Under the pieces are notes generated by a model. That model did not search any database. It was not told where the DNA came from and worked only from the letters and a program-made list of their open reading frames with translations. A stretch of 64,000 nucleotides of DNA from an uncultured Acidobacteriota bacterium. GTDB lineage: Bacteria > Acidobacteriota > UBA6911. This document shows, one piece after another, positions 50,561 to 61,803 of this stretch. Location: the NCBI GenBank assembly GCA_963809485.1, contig CAWEJX010000012.1:261285-325284 (forward strand). Direction: 5' to 3'. Numbering within the stretch: the first letter of the stretch is position 1; each line of letters begins with the position of its first letter. A program made the translations under genes and the position numbers.

Positions 50561-53500
50561 ATGCGATTAATAGGTACTATGAGGACAGGTGACCGCTTTC
50601 GCAATTACCCGGGGATGCTGCTGACAGCAGTAACAGCCATCATTTTAATCATCCTTCTCCCGCGAGCCGCGTCCGCCGCTGAGGTCAAACTCGCGTGGGA
50701 TGCGAGCACCTCGGCAGCACTCGCAGGCTATGAGGTTCATTACGGCAATACTACTTCAGGCAAATACAGCCGCGTAAGAGATGTCGGGAACAAAACGTAT
50801 GACACCGTACCGGATCTGACTGCAGGCACATGGTACTTCGCGGTAAGAGCGTACGGCAAATCCGGCGAGATAAGCGCCTTTTCGAACGAGGTTTCAGCCG
50901 TTATCCCTTCCGCTGACACCAATCCGCCCGTGATTTCGAGTGTCAACAGTACCGGCATTACGGTTTCCTCCGCCACCATTTCGTGGGCAACGAATGAAGC
51001 ATCGGATACGCAGATCGAGTACGGAACGACAGCATCCTACGGTTATTCGACTGCGCTCAACACATCCATGGTTACGTCTCATTCGCAAGTCCTGAGCGGT
51101 CTTGTTGCCGGAGCGACGTATTATTACCGTGTAAAATCCAGAGATGCTGCCGGAAACCTGGCTGTATCCCCGAACTACAACTTCACCACATCAGCTCCGT
51201 CCGATACAACTGCCCCGACAATCAGCGCGGTTGGGAGTTCCGGATTATCGAGCACCGGCGCCACCATAGCCTGGACCACGAGCGAGGCCGCCGACAGCCA
51301 GGTGGAATACGGCACGACCACCAGTTACGGCCGATCGTCCGCTTGAACAGCGCCATGGTCACCTCCCACTCCCAGGCGTTGAGCGGGCTGACGGCCAGCA
51401 CGCTCTATCACTACCGCGTGAAATCCAAAGATGCCGCCGGGAACCTGGCTACTTCCGGCGATTACACCTTCACCACGACCTCTGCATCCGATACGACCAC
51501 CCCGACCATCAGCGCAGTTGCATATTCCGGATTGTCGAGCACCGGCGCCACCATCACCTGGACCACCAGCGAGGCCGCCGACAGCCAGGTGGAATACGGG
51601 ACGACCACCAGCTACGGCCGCTCGTCCGCTTAAACAGCGCCATGGTGACTTCCCACTCCCAGGCGTTGAGCGGGCTGACCGCCAGCACGCTTTACCACTA
51701 CCGCGTGAAGTCCAGAGATGCCGCCGGCAACCTGGCCACTTCCGGCGATTACACCTTCACCACGACCTCTGCATCCGATACGACCGCCCCGACCATCAGC
51801 GCAGTTGCAAATTCCGGATTGTCGAGCAGCGGCGCCACCATCACCTGGACCACCAGCGAGGCCGCCGACAGCCAGGTGGAATACGGCACGACCACCAGCT
51901 ACGGCAGCTCATCGGCGCTAAACAGCGCCATGGTGACTTCCCACTCCCAGGCGTTGAGCGGGCTGACCGCCAGCACGCTATACCACTACCGCGTGAAGTC
52001 CAAAGATGCCGCCGGCAACCTGGCCATCTCCGGCGATTACACCTTCACCACGACCTCGGCACCCGATACGACCGCCCCGACTATCAGCGCAGTTGCAAAT
52101 TCCGGATTGTCGAGTACCGGTGCCACCATCACCTGGACCACCAGCGAGGCCGCCGACAGCCAGGTGGAATACGGCACGACCACCAGCTACGGCAAATCAT
52201 CGACGCTGAACAGCGCCATGGTGACTCGCACTCCCAGGCTTTGAGCGGACTGACGGCCAGCACGCTCTATCACTACCGCGTGAAGTCCAAAGATGCCGCC
52301 GGCAACCTGGCCACTTCCGGCGATTACACCTTCACCACGACCTCGGCGCCCGATACGACGGCCCCGGCTATCAGCGCAGTGGCAAGTTCCGGATTATCGA
52401 GCACCGGCGCCACCATCACCTGGACCACCAGCGAAGCCGCCGACAGCCAGGTGGAATACGGGACTACAACGTCATACGGCCGTTCCTCTGCGCTGAAGAG
52501 CGCCATGGTGACTTCCCATTCCCAGGGATTAAGCGGGCTGACCGCCAGCACGTTGTATCACTATCGCGTGAAATCCAAAGATGCCGCCGGAAACCTGGCC
52601 ATTTCCGGTGATTACACCTTCAGCACGACTGCAACACCGGATACCGAGCTGCCGGCTATCACCGATGTCGCCAGTTCAGGATTATCGAGCACCGGGGCCA
52701 TCATCACATGGACCACCGATGAAGCCGCCGACAGCCAGGTGGAATACGGCACGACCACCAGCTATGGCAGCTCATCGGCGCTGGATGACGACCTGGTGAC
52801 GTCTCATTCGCAGGCTTTAAGCGGACTGACAGTCGGCACCCTGTATCACTTCAGGGTGAAGTCGAAAGACGCGGCAGGCAACCTCGCTACATCCGGCGAT
52901 TATTCGTTCACCACTACTCTGGATGAAGAATATGTCCTTGCCTTTCCGCGTTTCTCCGCCATGCAGAGTGTAATGGGCAAGGACACTATGGCCGGAATAG
53001 CTCTTGCCAACCTGAGTCTCCAGCCTGCGGTCCTGACATTTACGGCGATCGAGGATGATGGGGAGATTACGACAGGGAAAGATATTTCCAACCCCATAAT
53101 CGAGGAGCTGAGGTCGCGCGCCCAGCTTCCGATCATCGACTGGCAGATATTTGGAGACGGGCTCTTCAACTCCGACTCGAACGGTTGGATCAAGCTGGAA
53201 AGCACCACACAGGATACTTTGGGATTCTTCCTGATCTTCGACAGTGATCTCAATCTGATGGATGGAGCCAATTTTTCGGAAACGGCGCTAATCGATTTTG
53301 CCTTCACGGAGATTCAGGCGGAGGGATATAACAAGATCAGTGTGATCAATGACAATGCCGCGGATTCCACCGTAACCTTCAATCTGATGGGTACAGACGG
53401 AACGATCCGAAGATCCCGGTCCCTCGTAATCAATGGGAACGGGTCCTTGACTGCGGACCTGTTCAGTGATCTGTTCGCAGGCATTGCCCCCAGTGCGGGC

Positions 53501-54268
53501 GATTATGTTCGTGTGCATTCCAGCCAGCCGGTCCGTTCGTTCCATGGAATGAGACAAGGGTCCAGCAACATTTCCATGCTGACCGGACAGGACCTTGCCG
53601 CGGGCGCGAGCACCATCTACTCGCCGCATTATGTCGTCGGCGGCGACTATCTTACAAGCCTTTCGGTCATAAACCTGGACTCCAGAGCCGGAACGGTTGC
53701 TTTCCGATTCATCGGCGAAAACGGCTCTCAAATAGGCGAGACCCGATCCCTTTCCATTCCGGCAAACGGGAAACTTCACATCGACGATCCGGAATTTTTC
53801 CTGGGCCCGGATTCGACCACCATGCTCACGGGATATGTCGAACTGACCAGCAGCGGCGTAAGGCTTGCAGGCAGCACCGTGTTTGGCGACCGCATCAGCC
53901 GGCGATTTTCTTCGGCACTGGCGCTCATTTCCAGCCTGCACACCTCGGTAGTCTTCAGCCACGTAGCTTCGAACGATCTGTATTTCACCGGCGTGGCCAT
54001 GCTTAATACTCAAGGAGACAGAATGGCGGCCGTTACGCTGGAACTGTATTCGTCCGACGGCACGCTTCTACAGCGTAGGAACGAATGGCTGGGAGCCAGG
54101 CAGTCCGAGGCGCGTCTGCTGACAGAATACTTCCCATCCCTCGTGGGTCAGGACCGGACTTCCGGATACGTGCGGGTCATTTCCGATCTGCCGATAGCTT
54201 CTTTTGCGCTGTTCGGGACGCACAGCCTGTCTGCGCTTGCCGCAATTCCACCTCAGGTTATCCGGTAA
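50561..54268 (+). CDS. Secreted fibronectin-III-repeat protein, three 1-nt deletions
   Basis: Signal peptide, FN3 domain (LAWDAS...YFAVRAY), seven ~96-aa repeats, ~445-aa C-terminal region; frame breaks near 51343, 51630, 52226. Confidence 0.82.
50915..52920 (+). repeat. Seven tandem ~288-bp coding repeats
   Basis: DTTAPTISAV...WTTSEAADSQVEYGTT...YHYRVKSKDAAGNLA.SGDYTFTT units starting near 50915, 51203, 51490, 51777, 52065, 52352, 52641. Confidence 0.92.
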
Positions 54269-54572
54269 GCCATCCGCCGGCCGCATACCAGCCCAGGCGC
54301 TGCCCGTGCGGCCAGGGCAAGCACACATACCGCAAGGTTCGCGCCGAACTGAATCCGGCGCAGAGCTTTCGTTTTCCTTTGCATATACAACCTTTCTTAT
54401 CTCTAAGCCTGTTTTAACTTCTGTTGGTTGTGCTTTCGTATGCAAAGCGCAGCCAGAAATAAGAACGTCCTGCGATAATTATTGGGGTTGCAATAAGCAG
54501 GGAGAAGCCATGGGCGGGTTCTGCAGCACTCCCGGCTTTCTTTCGGGATGGAATGTCTATATACTTGATTAT

Positions 54573-54818
54573 ATGAAACAGCTTTTAATTGAAGTTGATG
54601 ATGAATTGTCGGCCGAACTTGAAAAAGTCGCTCCCGTACGCAGCCGACGCCGTTCGGAGTTTATCCGATATGCCATACGCCAGGCGCTTTGGAACCTCGA
54701 AGAGAAACGGACTGCCGAAGCATACAAACAGCAGCCGGATTCCGCAGACGAAATTTACATGGATCCGCGTGTTTGGGAAAAGCCCGCGAAAGGTGCGGCC
54801 GCGCGGCGAAAAAAATGA
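54573..54818 (+). CDS. Ribbon-helix-helix antitoxin
   Basis: MKQLLIEVDDEL...RSEFIRYAI; ATGA overlap with the toxin gene. Confidence 0.8.
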   Translation: MKQLLIEVDDELSAELEKVAPVRSRRRSEFIRYAIRQALWNLEEKRTAEAYKQQPDSADEIYMDPRVWEKPAKGAAARRKK

Positions 54819-55144
54819 GACAATATGAAATTCGCTGGGCTAATCTGCCCCTTCCCATTGGGAGGCGGCCGGTTCTCCTTTTGACAAGGACTTCCGCGTA
54901 CGCCTATCTGAACAAAGTCATCGTGGTTGAAGTAACCTCAACAGTTCGCGGAATTCCTCAGGAAGTCGCGCTGGGCAAACAAGAGGGACTGCAACGCTTA
55001 TCCGTGGCCAACATGGACAACCTTCATGTAATTCCGAAACTGATGCTCGGCGACCGCATCGGCGCGGTTGGAGCCGGTAGAGAAACCCAGATTAAGCGAG
55101 CTTTGGGTTACGCGCTCGACTGGCCCGAACTCAAGGTAATCTGA
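54815..55144 (+). CDS. mazF: PemK/MazF-family toxin
   Basis: EIRWANLP...RRPVLLLTR...VTSTVRG; 109 aa. Confidence 0.85.
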   Translation: MRQYEIRWANLPLPIGRRPVLLLTRTSAYAYLNKVIVVEVTSTVRGIPQEVALGKQEGLQRLSVANMDNLHVIPKLMLGDRIGAVGAGRETQIKRALGYALDWPELKVI

Positions 55145-55190
55145 GGATTCATAAGAAAAACACCACGAATTTCCCAGCGCGGCGTTTTTT

Positions 55191-55280
55191 TCATGCAAGC
55201 TCGGCGAGGAGCCAGGCCCTCGCCATTCGGAAGTCGCGCTTCACAGTGTCGACGGAAACATTAAAAACTTCCGCGGTTTC
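55191..55280 (-). pseudogene. 3' remnant of an ECF sigma factor (region 4.2)
   Basis: Minus strand reads ETAEVFNVSVDTVKRDFRMARAWLLAELA*. Confidence 0.7.
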
Positions 55281-55285
55281 CTACC

Positions 55286-55348
55286 ACCTGACGTCTGAGC
55301 TCAGCGGCGGGCGCGCAGCACACCAACCGCTTGCGCGAATGGTTAGGG
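55286..55348 (+). mobile_element. Degenerate integron attC-like site
   Basis: ACCTGAC-5nt-AGCTCAGCGG...CCGCTTGCGC-5nt-GTTAGGG; 63-bp imperfect palindrome. Confidence 0.55.
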
Positions 55349-55436
55349 AAGGAGGGGCTGCCGATTTGGCCCTGATGCTGGATTAGGCTCCCTTCCCTTC
55401 AGCCTCCGATTGCCCATAAATGAACCTCCCAATGGA

Positions 55437-56336
55437 TCAGCCCCGGAGTACTTCAAGAAAGTATGCGGCGATCAATATAATGGTGGCAACGGAAGACAGG
55501 GTAATAATGCGTCCCATTGCCGGAGTATAGTGGCTTTCGTCGCTGTATTTGCCGGCGTGCTGCAGCATGTTTACTGCCAGCGGAACTGTGATCAATACCA
55601 GCAGCGTCCATAAGGGCAAAATGCCGGATAGAGCGCCCAGCACGATGGAAAGATAAGCGACAAAGGTCGTGACCGCTATGATGCGCAGTGCAGCCGCCTG
55701 GCCGAAACGCACCGACAGGGTGCGCTTGCCCGAACGGATATCATCGTGATAGTCAAAGGTATTGCTGACAATACCCACATTCATGGTGAATATGCCGGGG
55801 ACGAGTGAAATAAGGAAAGGCTCCACCGTTATTGTGCCGGCAAGCACGTACCACACACCGAAAACGATCATGGGGCCGAAGGCCAGAAAAAGCACCGTTT
55901 CTCCTAACCCGCGGTAATTGAGCTTGAGCGGGGGTGAAGTGTAGAAAAATACGGCTATGAGCCCGGCCGCCACCAGGACGAGCACCGGGTATCCAACTTT
56001 GATAAAAATGATCACTCCCGCAACAAAGGAAATTGCCAGGCACAAAACGATTGCGATCACCACCTGCTTGAGGCTCACTTTGCCGTCAATCAGCGGGCTG
56101 TCATGGAACTGCTGTACTTTGTTGCCCAGGTTGCCTTTTTGAAAATCGAAGTAATCATCCACAAAATCGCCGGCGGAATGGGCCATTACAATACCTATCG
56201 TCGCAAACACAAATATCATCGTGTCGAACGATCCGCGGGTATAGGCCAGGATCCCGCCCAGCAAACACGGCAGAATGCTGATTATGAGGAAAGGTGCGCG
56301 AGCCGCTTTAAACCATGTGACCAGCCATTGTTTCAT
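55437..56336 (-). CDS. UbiA/MenA-like prenyltransferase
   Basis: AARAPF, DDYFDFQKG, YTSPP..L.YRGLGE, NTFDYHDDIRSGKRT. Confidence 0.88.
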   Translation of the reverse strand: MKQWLVTWFKAARAPFLIISILPCLLGGILAYTRGSFDTMIFVFATIGIVMAHSAGDFVDDYFDFQKGNLGNKVQQFHDSPLIDGKVSLKQVVIAIVLCLAISFVAGVIIFIKVGYPVLVLVAAGLIAVFFYTSPPLKLNYRGLGETVLFLAFGPMIVFGVWYVLAGTITVEPFLISLVPGIFTMNVGIVSNTFDYHDDIRSGKRTLSVRFGQAAALRIIAVTTFVAYLSIVLGALSGILPLWTLLVLITVPLAVNMLQHAGKYSDESHYTPAMGRIITLSSVATIILIAAYFLEVLRG

Positions 56337-56342
56337 ATGCAT

Positions 56343-57260
56343 TTATCCTTGGATACGGCTTCCCAGAAACATTCCCAATGCCATGAGGAGGCATGTGGCA
56401 ATGAAGACAACAAGCGAAAAAACGGTTGCCCACAGGTAATCGGTGATCCTTTTCTGGGTGCGCAACCGCCGGTAAAGAAGTGCTGAAAAAGGGACCGTGA
56501 GCAATCCCAGCAGCGCCCAGCCGGAGACAAAGCCCGACAGCACAGCCCCCAATAAGGCCAGATAGGCCAGCGTCAACAGGATCCCCGCCAGCCATGGCTT
56601 GAGATTGAGAATGACCTCGGAGCCGCCTGCCTCAGCAACTTTATAGCGCGCTCCTTTGAGATATGCCACCACGGTCACCAGAAACCCGACCGGCAGGGAC
56701 GCAATAACGGGTGCAAGCCGGAATTTGTGGGTCATCACAAAGTCGATGCCCGACATGCACAGCGGGCCGAACGTGATGAATACCACGGGTTCCTTCAGTC
56801 CACGCAGCATCAGCGGCGTAAAAAAGACGGAAACCAGCCCGCCTGCAAGGACCAGCCAGAGTACCGCCGGCCCCAGCAGAAAGAGGAAGCGGGTGCCGAT
56901 GAGCAGCGCCGCAAACAGACATATAACACCGGCATATAATGAGTGCTCGTTTTTCAGCGGGCCGCCTATGAAAAGCGGCCTCCAGCCGGCGAATATTTTG
57001 CTGTGGGCGTCGCGGCTGTCAGTGTGAAAGTGCGTGAAGTGATAGTACAGATAGTCCGCGCCCGCCTGTCCGATGAGCAATCCCAATCCGGCCAGCAGCC
57101 AGCGTGAAAGGTCGCCGTATCCTTGAGTCCAGGCCAGTGCGCCTGCCACGACCGCGGGCATGACGGATGCACTGAAAAGAAGAATTTTAATGAAACGAAT
57201 CGGACGCGACCGCTCTTCAGGTAAAACAACAACGGAAGTTCCTTTCATAAATACATCCAT
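56343..57260 (-). CDS. Divergent UbiA-family membrane protein
   Basis: Similar topology (FFTPLMLRGLKEPVVFITFGP), Asp-rich motifs eroded; start could be 57248. Confidence 0.7.
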   Translation of the reverse strand: MDVFMKGTSVVVLPEERSRPIRFIKILLFSASVMPAVVAGALAWTQGYGDLSRWLLAGLGLLIGQAGADYLYYHFTHFHTDSRDAHSKIFAGWRPLFIGGPLKNEHSLYAGVICLFAALLIGTRFLFLLGPAVLWLVLAGGLVSVFFTPLMLRGLKEPVVFITFGPLCMSGIDFVMTHKFRLAPVIASLPVGFLVTVVAYLKGARYKVAEAGGSEVILNLKPWLAGILLTLAYLALLGAVLSGFVSGWALLGLLTVPFSALLYRRLRTQKRITDYLWATVFSLVVFIATCLLMALGMFLGSRIQG

Positions 57261-57299
57261 TGCAGCGCCAGGGATACTGGCTTCTTACTATATTGGTTG

Positions 57300-57338
57300 T
57301 CAGCCTTCATCCGCGTCTATTCAGCGTCCGTCGGCGTC
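57300..57338 (+). repeat. Four-box TCAGCG array
   Basis: TCAGCC-TCCGCG-TCAGCG-TCGGCG (10/11/10). Confidence 0.65.
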
Positions 57339-57401
57339 CTGTTATGCTGAGCCCGTCTGCTCTTGAGAATTCTCCGCCAGAGTTGCGGATTGCCGATGCA
57401 T

Positions 57402-58760
57402 TTACGGCTTGGATGATCTTTTATCCCGATGAAAAACCTTCTTCCGCACGAAATCGCCCAGGACCGTCTGAAGGTCCGGTTTGCTCTTCTCTTCCAGCGA
57501 ATACTGGACCCGCGTCGATGGTTTCTGAATGTTCAGGATTCTGCGCAGATCGATCGGGGTGCCGATGATCACCGATTCACAGGGAGTCCTGTTGATGGTC
57601 GTTTCCAGGTCGCGAATCTGTTCGGGGCCATAGCCCATGGCCGGCAAAAGCACTCCGGTCGCCGGATACTTTTTAAAGGTCTCGGCGATGGAATGGACCG
57701 CATAGGGGCGGGGATCCACTATTTCCCGCGCGCCGAAGAGCCTGGCCGCCAGCGTTCCGGCGCCGAACTGCATTCCCCCGTGTGTGAGGGTCGGGCCGTC
57801 TTCGACTACCAGGACGCTCTTGCCCCGGATGACATCGGGATCATCGACGGTGATCGGGGAGGCCGCGCGAATGATCTGCGCCTTCGGATTCATCCGCGTC
57901 ACTTCGTCGAGGACCGACGTCGATGTTTTCTTCCGGAGCGCTGTCCACTTTGTTTATGATGATGACATCGGCAAGCCGCACGTTGGCGGCGCCCGGATAA
58001 TACGTTCGTTCGTGCCCGGGACGATGCGGATCCACGACGGTGATGGTGAGATCCGGCCGGTAGAATGAAAGGTCGTTGTTGCCGCCGTCCCAGACGATCA
58101 CGTCCGCCTCGCGTTCCGCCTGGCGCAGAATGGCTGCGTAGTCCACTCCCGCATAAATGACTCCCCCCTCCACGATATGCGGTTCGTATTCCTCCATCTC
58201 CTCGACGGTGCAGTGGTGTTTCCTGAGATCGTCCAGCGTTGCGTACCGCTGAACGACCTGCTTCATCAGGTTCCCGTACGGCATAGGGTGACGCACAGCC
58301 ACGACGCGCAATCCGCAGGCTTCGGAGATAGGAGCAGACCTTTCGTGGAAGTCTGGCTTTTCCCCGAGCCTGTCCGCACGGCCACGACCGCCACTACCGG
58401 CACCTTCGCGGCAAGCATCGTATCGTCCGCGCCGAGCAGGACAAAGCGCGCCCCGCACGCATTCACCAGTGCCGCACGCTCCATCACGTACTGGTTCGAG
58501 ACATCGGAATAGGAGAACACGACCTCCTGAACCTTGTGTCTGGCGATAAGCCGGGGAAGCTCCTGTTCCGGGAATATCGGAATCCCTTTCGGATAGAGCG
58601 CGCCGGCAAGCTTGGCAGGGTACTTGCGTCCGTCGATGTTGGGAATCTGCGTCGCGGTGAACGCGACGACTTCGTGCCGTCGGCTCCCGCGAAAGACCGT
58701 ATTGAAGTTGTGAAAATCCCTTCCTGCCGCTCCCATTATCACGACGCGTGTGCGAGGCAT
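57402..58760 (-). CDS. Arginine synthetase ArcE-like (cyclic 2,3-diphosphoglycerate synthetase family), frameshifted
   Basis: MGAAGRDFHNFN, AFTATQIP, RTGSGKSQT, RHPMPYG, WDGGNND, VEDGPTLTHGGM, PAMGYG; 1-nt insertions near 58320-58345 and 57915. Confidence 0.8.
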
Positions 58761-58859
58761 AATGCACTCCTGTATATGCGAATGTTCCAAAATCCGCGGC
58801 TGATGCCGTCGATGCCGTTCCTCTCGACCGAAGCTTGCCGTCAGCTGCCTTTGACGGGA

Positions 58860-59814
58860 TAGTCCTCTGCTCATCCCGAAGGATCCGTGTTCCCGCTCTT
58901 CCTTCCAGCGCTTCAAGCAGGTGCTCGTGATCGGTGATCACCACCATGCTTCCTCCAAGCTCGAGGTACTTAATGGCGGCGGTGATTTTCGGGTCCCATG
59001 CTCCCCGGCGGGAATTGTCCTTCTTCCAGGTACTGGTGGCACTGGGAGATTGTAAGACGATTCGAGCGGACGTTGCGTCGCCTTCCCAAAATCGAGGAAA
59101 ACGCGCTCGACATCCGTGGCAATGGCGAACACGTCCGCTTCGAGCTGGCGCGCCAGGATTGCCGAGGTGTGGTCCTTGTCGATCACGGCCTCGACTCCTT
59201 TGGAAATGTCGTGATCGTTGAACACGGGCACGCCTCCGCCCCCGCCCGCGATGACCACCAGCCCGCGGTCGACGCAGGCTTTGATCGCATCGAGCTCGAC
59301 GATTGCGACCGGCTCCGGAGAAGGGACGACTCTGCGAAAGCCGTGCGAAGGATCTTCGACGATCACCCAGCCGAGGGTATCCCGATATCGTTCCGCGACC
59401 TCTTTGGTGTAGGAAGGCCCGATGGGCTTCGTCGGATGCTGGAACGCCGGATCCCGGGAATCGACCAGGACCTGGGTGATCAGCGAGACCACGGGAGTGT
59501 TCAGACCCTCTGCCTGCATCATCTGCCACATGGCATACTGAAGCACATAGCCCACCTCACCCTGGGTCGACGCGACGCAACAGTCGAGCGGAAGGCGGTA
59601 TGCGTAGGCAGCCGCCGACTCCGAGCGGACAAGCTGGGCGCCGACTTGCGGTCCGTTGCCATGAGTAAGAACAACGCGATGGCCGGCGCGGATGAAGCCG
59701 GACGACGGCTGCTGCCGTCTCGACGGCATTTTCGAATTGCTCCTGCGCCGTTCCTTTCTGCCCGCCGCGGATCAGCGCATTCCCTCCGACAGCAACCAGG
59801 ACCAGTTTTGACAT
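58860..59814 (-). CDS. arcC: Carbamate kinase, frameshifted (3' end approximate)
   Basis: AVGGNAL, THGNGPQVG, PTKPIG, RRVVPSP, GGGGVPV, GVEAVIDKD, GSMGPK, GT.I. Confidence 0.88.
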
Positions 59815-60230
59815 AGGCCTCTCTGCGCGCATCCGCCGGGCGATGAAACCATTTCAATTCCGCTCCACCGCCGGGAACAATTCGGGGAGTCCCGTTCACG
59901 CCACCTTTCCTGCCGGCAGCTTCTTGCCGCCTTTCCAAATACGGCCGGGCCCCCGAAAGCGACGATTTCGTCGCCAACCCCCGTCAAATATTTTATACTC
60001 CAGGTGCCTGTTCCCCGCAACAACGGCTGCTACCGATGACAGGCCGGGAAAATGGCGGCCCGAACCGCCAATTCGAGAAAGGGCGCCCGATGGAAGCCGA
60101 TGCGACCAAACCGCTGCTGGAAAATGCCCGCACCCCCGCTGCCGCCCGGAGGCTCCTGCAGACCGCTCGTTCCATCCGGATCACCGGCGCCCGAAATAAC
60201 GTTGCGGTTCGCTTTCTAAAGGAGGAATAG

Positions 60231-61631
60231 ATGAACAACACCCATGAACTTACAGATTTCGATCGGCTGGTCGCGGACGCCGTCCTGGGGATCGATACAC
60301 TGTGGGGCGGAGATGTCATGAATCCCTCCGGTGTCGGGCGCTTTATTGCGGACTCCTGGTTTTCCGGCGCCCCAATGCCGCCGGCATACACCCATCCCAC
60401 GGCTGCAAGGTTGCGGGAGACAGGCGGGATTTCGGCCAAGGCGCCCGACCATGCGGCGATCGAGGCTTACCTGGCCGCGGTGGATGTGCACGGAGCCATA
60501 AGCAGCATGGCGGACAAAAGCCGGTCCTTGCCTCGGCGCCGCCGGGCTTACGTGAAGGGGCTGGCCAACTCGTTCGAGGTGATGTGGGACCTGGCCATGG
60601 AGATTCTTGGCAAAGGGGACAGCGTGCTTTATGAACGTTGCGTCCGCGCTTCGACCGGTCTCGCCCCGCAACCTTCAGAACCCTCGGCAATGCGCGAACG
60701 GGTCGCGGAACTGCTGGGCAAGGCGGGACACCCGGCAAAAGGGAGAGAGGAACTGTGCGCCGCTGCCGACGCCTGGCGAAGAGAACGGCTCGTCCCGGCC
60801 AAGTCGATCCCGGCTCTGAGTTCGGCCTTCATTGCAGAATTCGACCGTCTGGCTGAAAGGCACCTGCTCCCCTATCTTCCCAAGAGCCTGCACTCGGTGC
60901 CTCGTGCCAACATAAAGTTCCTGCCCATCAAGGACGCCTTTTTTTCCGGATCGATGAATTACCTGGGCCGGGCAAGGACGGCGGACGGGAGCCCGGAGTA
61001 TGAGGCGAATTATGAAATCAACGCCTCCCTGCAGATTTCGGTGCCCGAGTTTCAACAGCTTATCAGCCACGAAGTCGTGCCCGGGCATGTCACCACCTTT
61101 GCCTTCATGCAAAACCTTTATGAGCGGGGCAAGGTTGGGTTCGAAGCCACGGTGCTGACCATGAATACGCCGGGGGCAGCCTTGGATGAGGGCATCGCCA
61201 ATAATGCCCTGCTGATGGCATACGATATCACCGAGGTCGGCCAGCTCCCGGACGAAGACCTGCAAACCGGGATGCTTCTGGCCCTGCTCCAGGATGACGC
61301 CAAAAATCAGGCTTCCTATCTTACATGGAAAGTGGGCATGCCGCAGAAAGAGGTCGCTGCCGAACTGCGGCGGGATTTCCTTGTCTCGGAGGAGCGCGCG
61401 GATAAGCTTTCGGGCGCATGGGGACGTCATCCGCTGATGGGCAGGATGTACCTGCCTGCCTATCGCGCGGGAACGGAAAAGGTGGCGGAGCTGCGCAGAA
61501 AGTATCCGCCGAAGCGCGTCCTGCCTGCTCTATACAGCTGCCGGGGGCTTGTGGATCTTCTGACAGTGGAGGGATTCATTGAATCCATTGGGAGATCTAC
61601 CAGCTCTGCCGGTAAAGCAGTCTCGGTTTGA
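60231..61631 (+). CDS. Uncharacterised protein with DUF885-like zinc-binding motif
   Basis: HEVVPGH...DEG; RBS AAGGAGG. Confidence 0.65.
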   Translation: MNNTHELTDFDRLVADAVLGIDTLWGGDVMNPSGVGRFIADSWFSGAPMPPAYTHPTAARLRETGGISAKAPDHAAIEAYLAAVDVHGAISSMADKSRSLPRRRRAYVKGLANSFEVMWDLAMEILGKGDSVLYERCVRASTGLAPQPSEPSAMRERVAELLGKAGHPAKGREELCAAADAWRRERLVPAKSIPALSSAFIAEFDRLAERHLLPYLPKSLHSVPRANIKFLPIKDAFFSGSMNYLGRARTADGSPEYEANYEINASLQISVPEFQQLISHEVVPGHVTTFAFMQNLYERGKVGFEATVLTMNTPGAALDEGIANNALLMAYDITEVGQLPDEDLQTGMLLALLQDDAKNQASYLTWKVGMPQKEVAAELRRDFLVSEERADKLSGAWGRHPLMGRMYLPAYRAGTEKVAELRRKYPPKRVLPALYSCRGLVDLLTVEGFIESIGRSTSSAGKAVSV

Positions 61632-61634
61632 CAC

Positions 61635-61711
61635 GAATATTGAATGTCGAACCGCAGAAGTCAGGACCGGACTTCGAAATTCATCATTCTTCATTCGACA
61701 TTCTGCGGTTC
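61635..61711. repeat. Inverted heptamer array (GAATNNN)
   Basis: GAATATT GAATGTC GAACCGCA GAAGT ... ACTTC GAAATTC ATCATTC TTCATTC GACATTC TGCGGTTC. Confidence 0.7.
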
Positions 61712-61803
61712 AAAAAACCTTAAAGATATATATTGCGCCTGAGACCGGTTTTATTTTCAAGCTGTGTTTAAGAATGATATTGGTGTTAATCGTGGCCTGT
61801 TTA

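Noticed and set aside
50915-52920. Regular repeats as a possible CRISPR array
   Set aside because: Units are ~288 bp, protein-coding, and have no unique spacers.
59851-59864. ATTTCAATTCCGC resembling the start of a CRISPR repeat
   Set aside because: Single occurrence, with no array and no cas genes.
60168-60203. SIRITGARNNV resembling the UvrA N-terminus
   Set aside because: Only ~11 codons with no continuation; could be chance.
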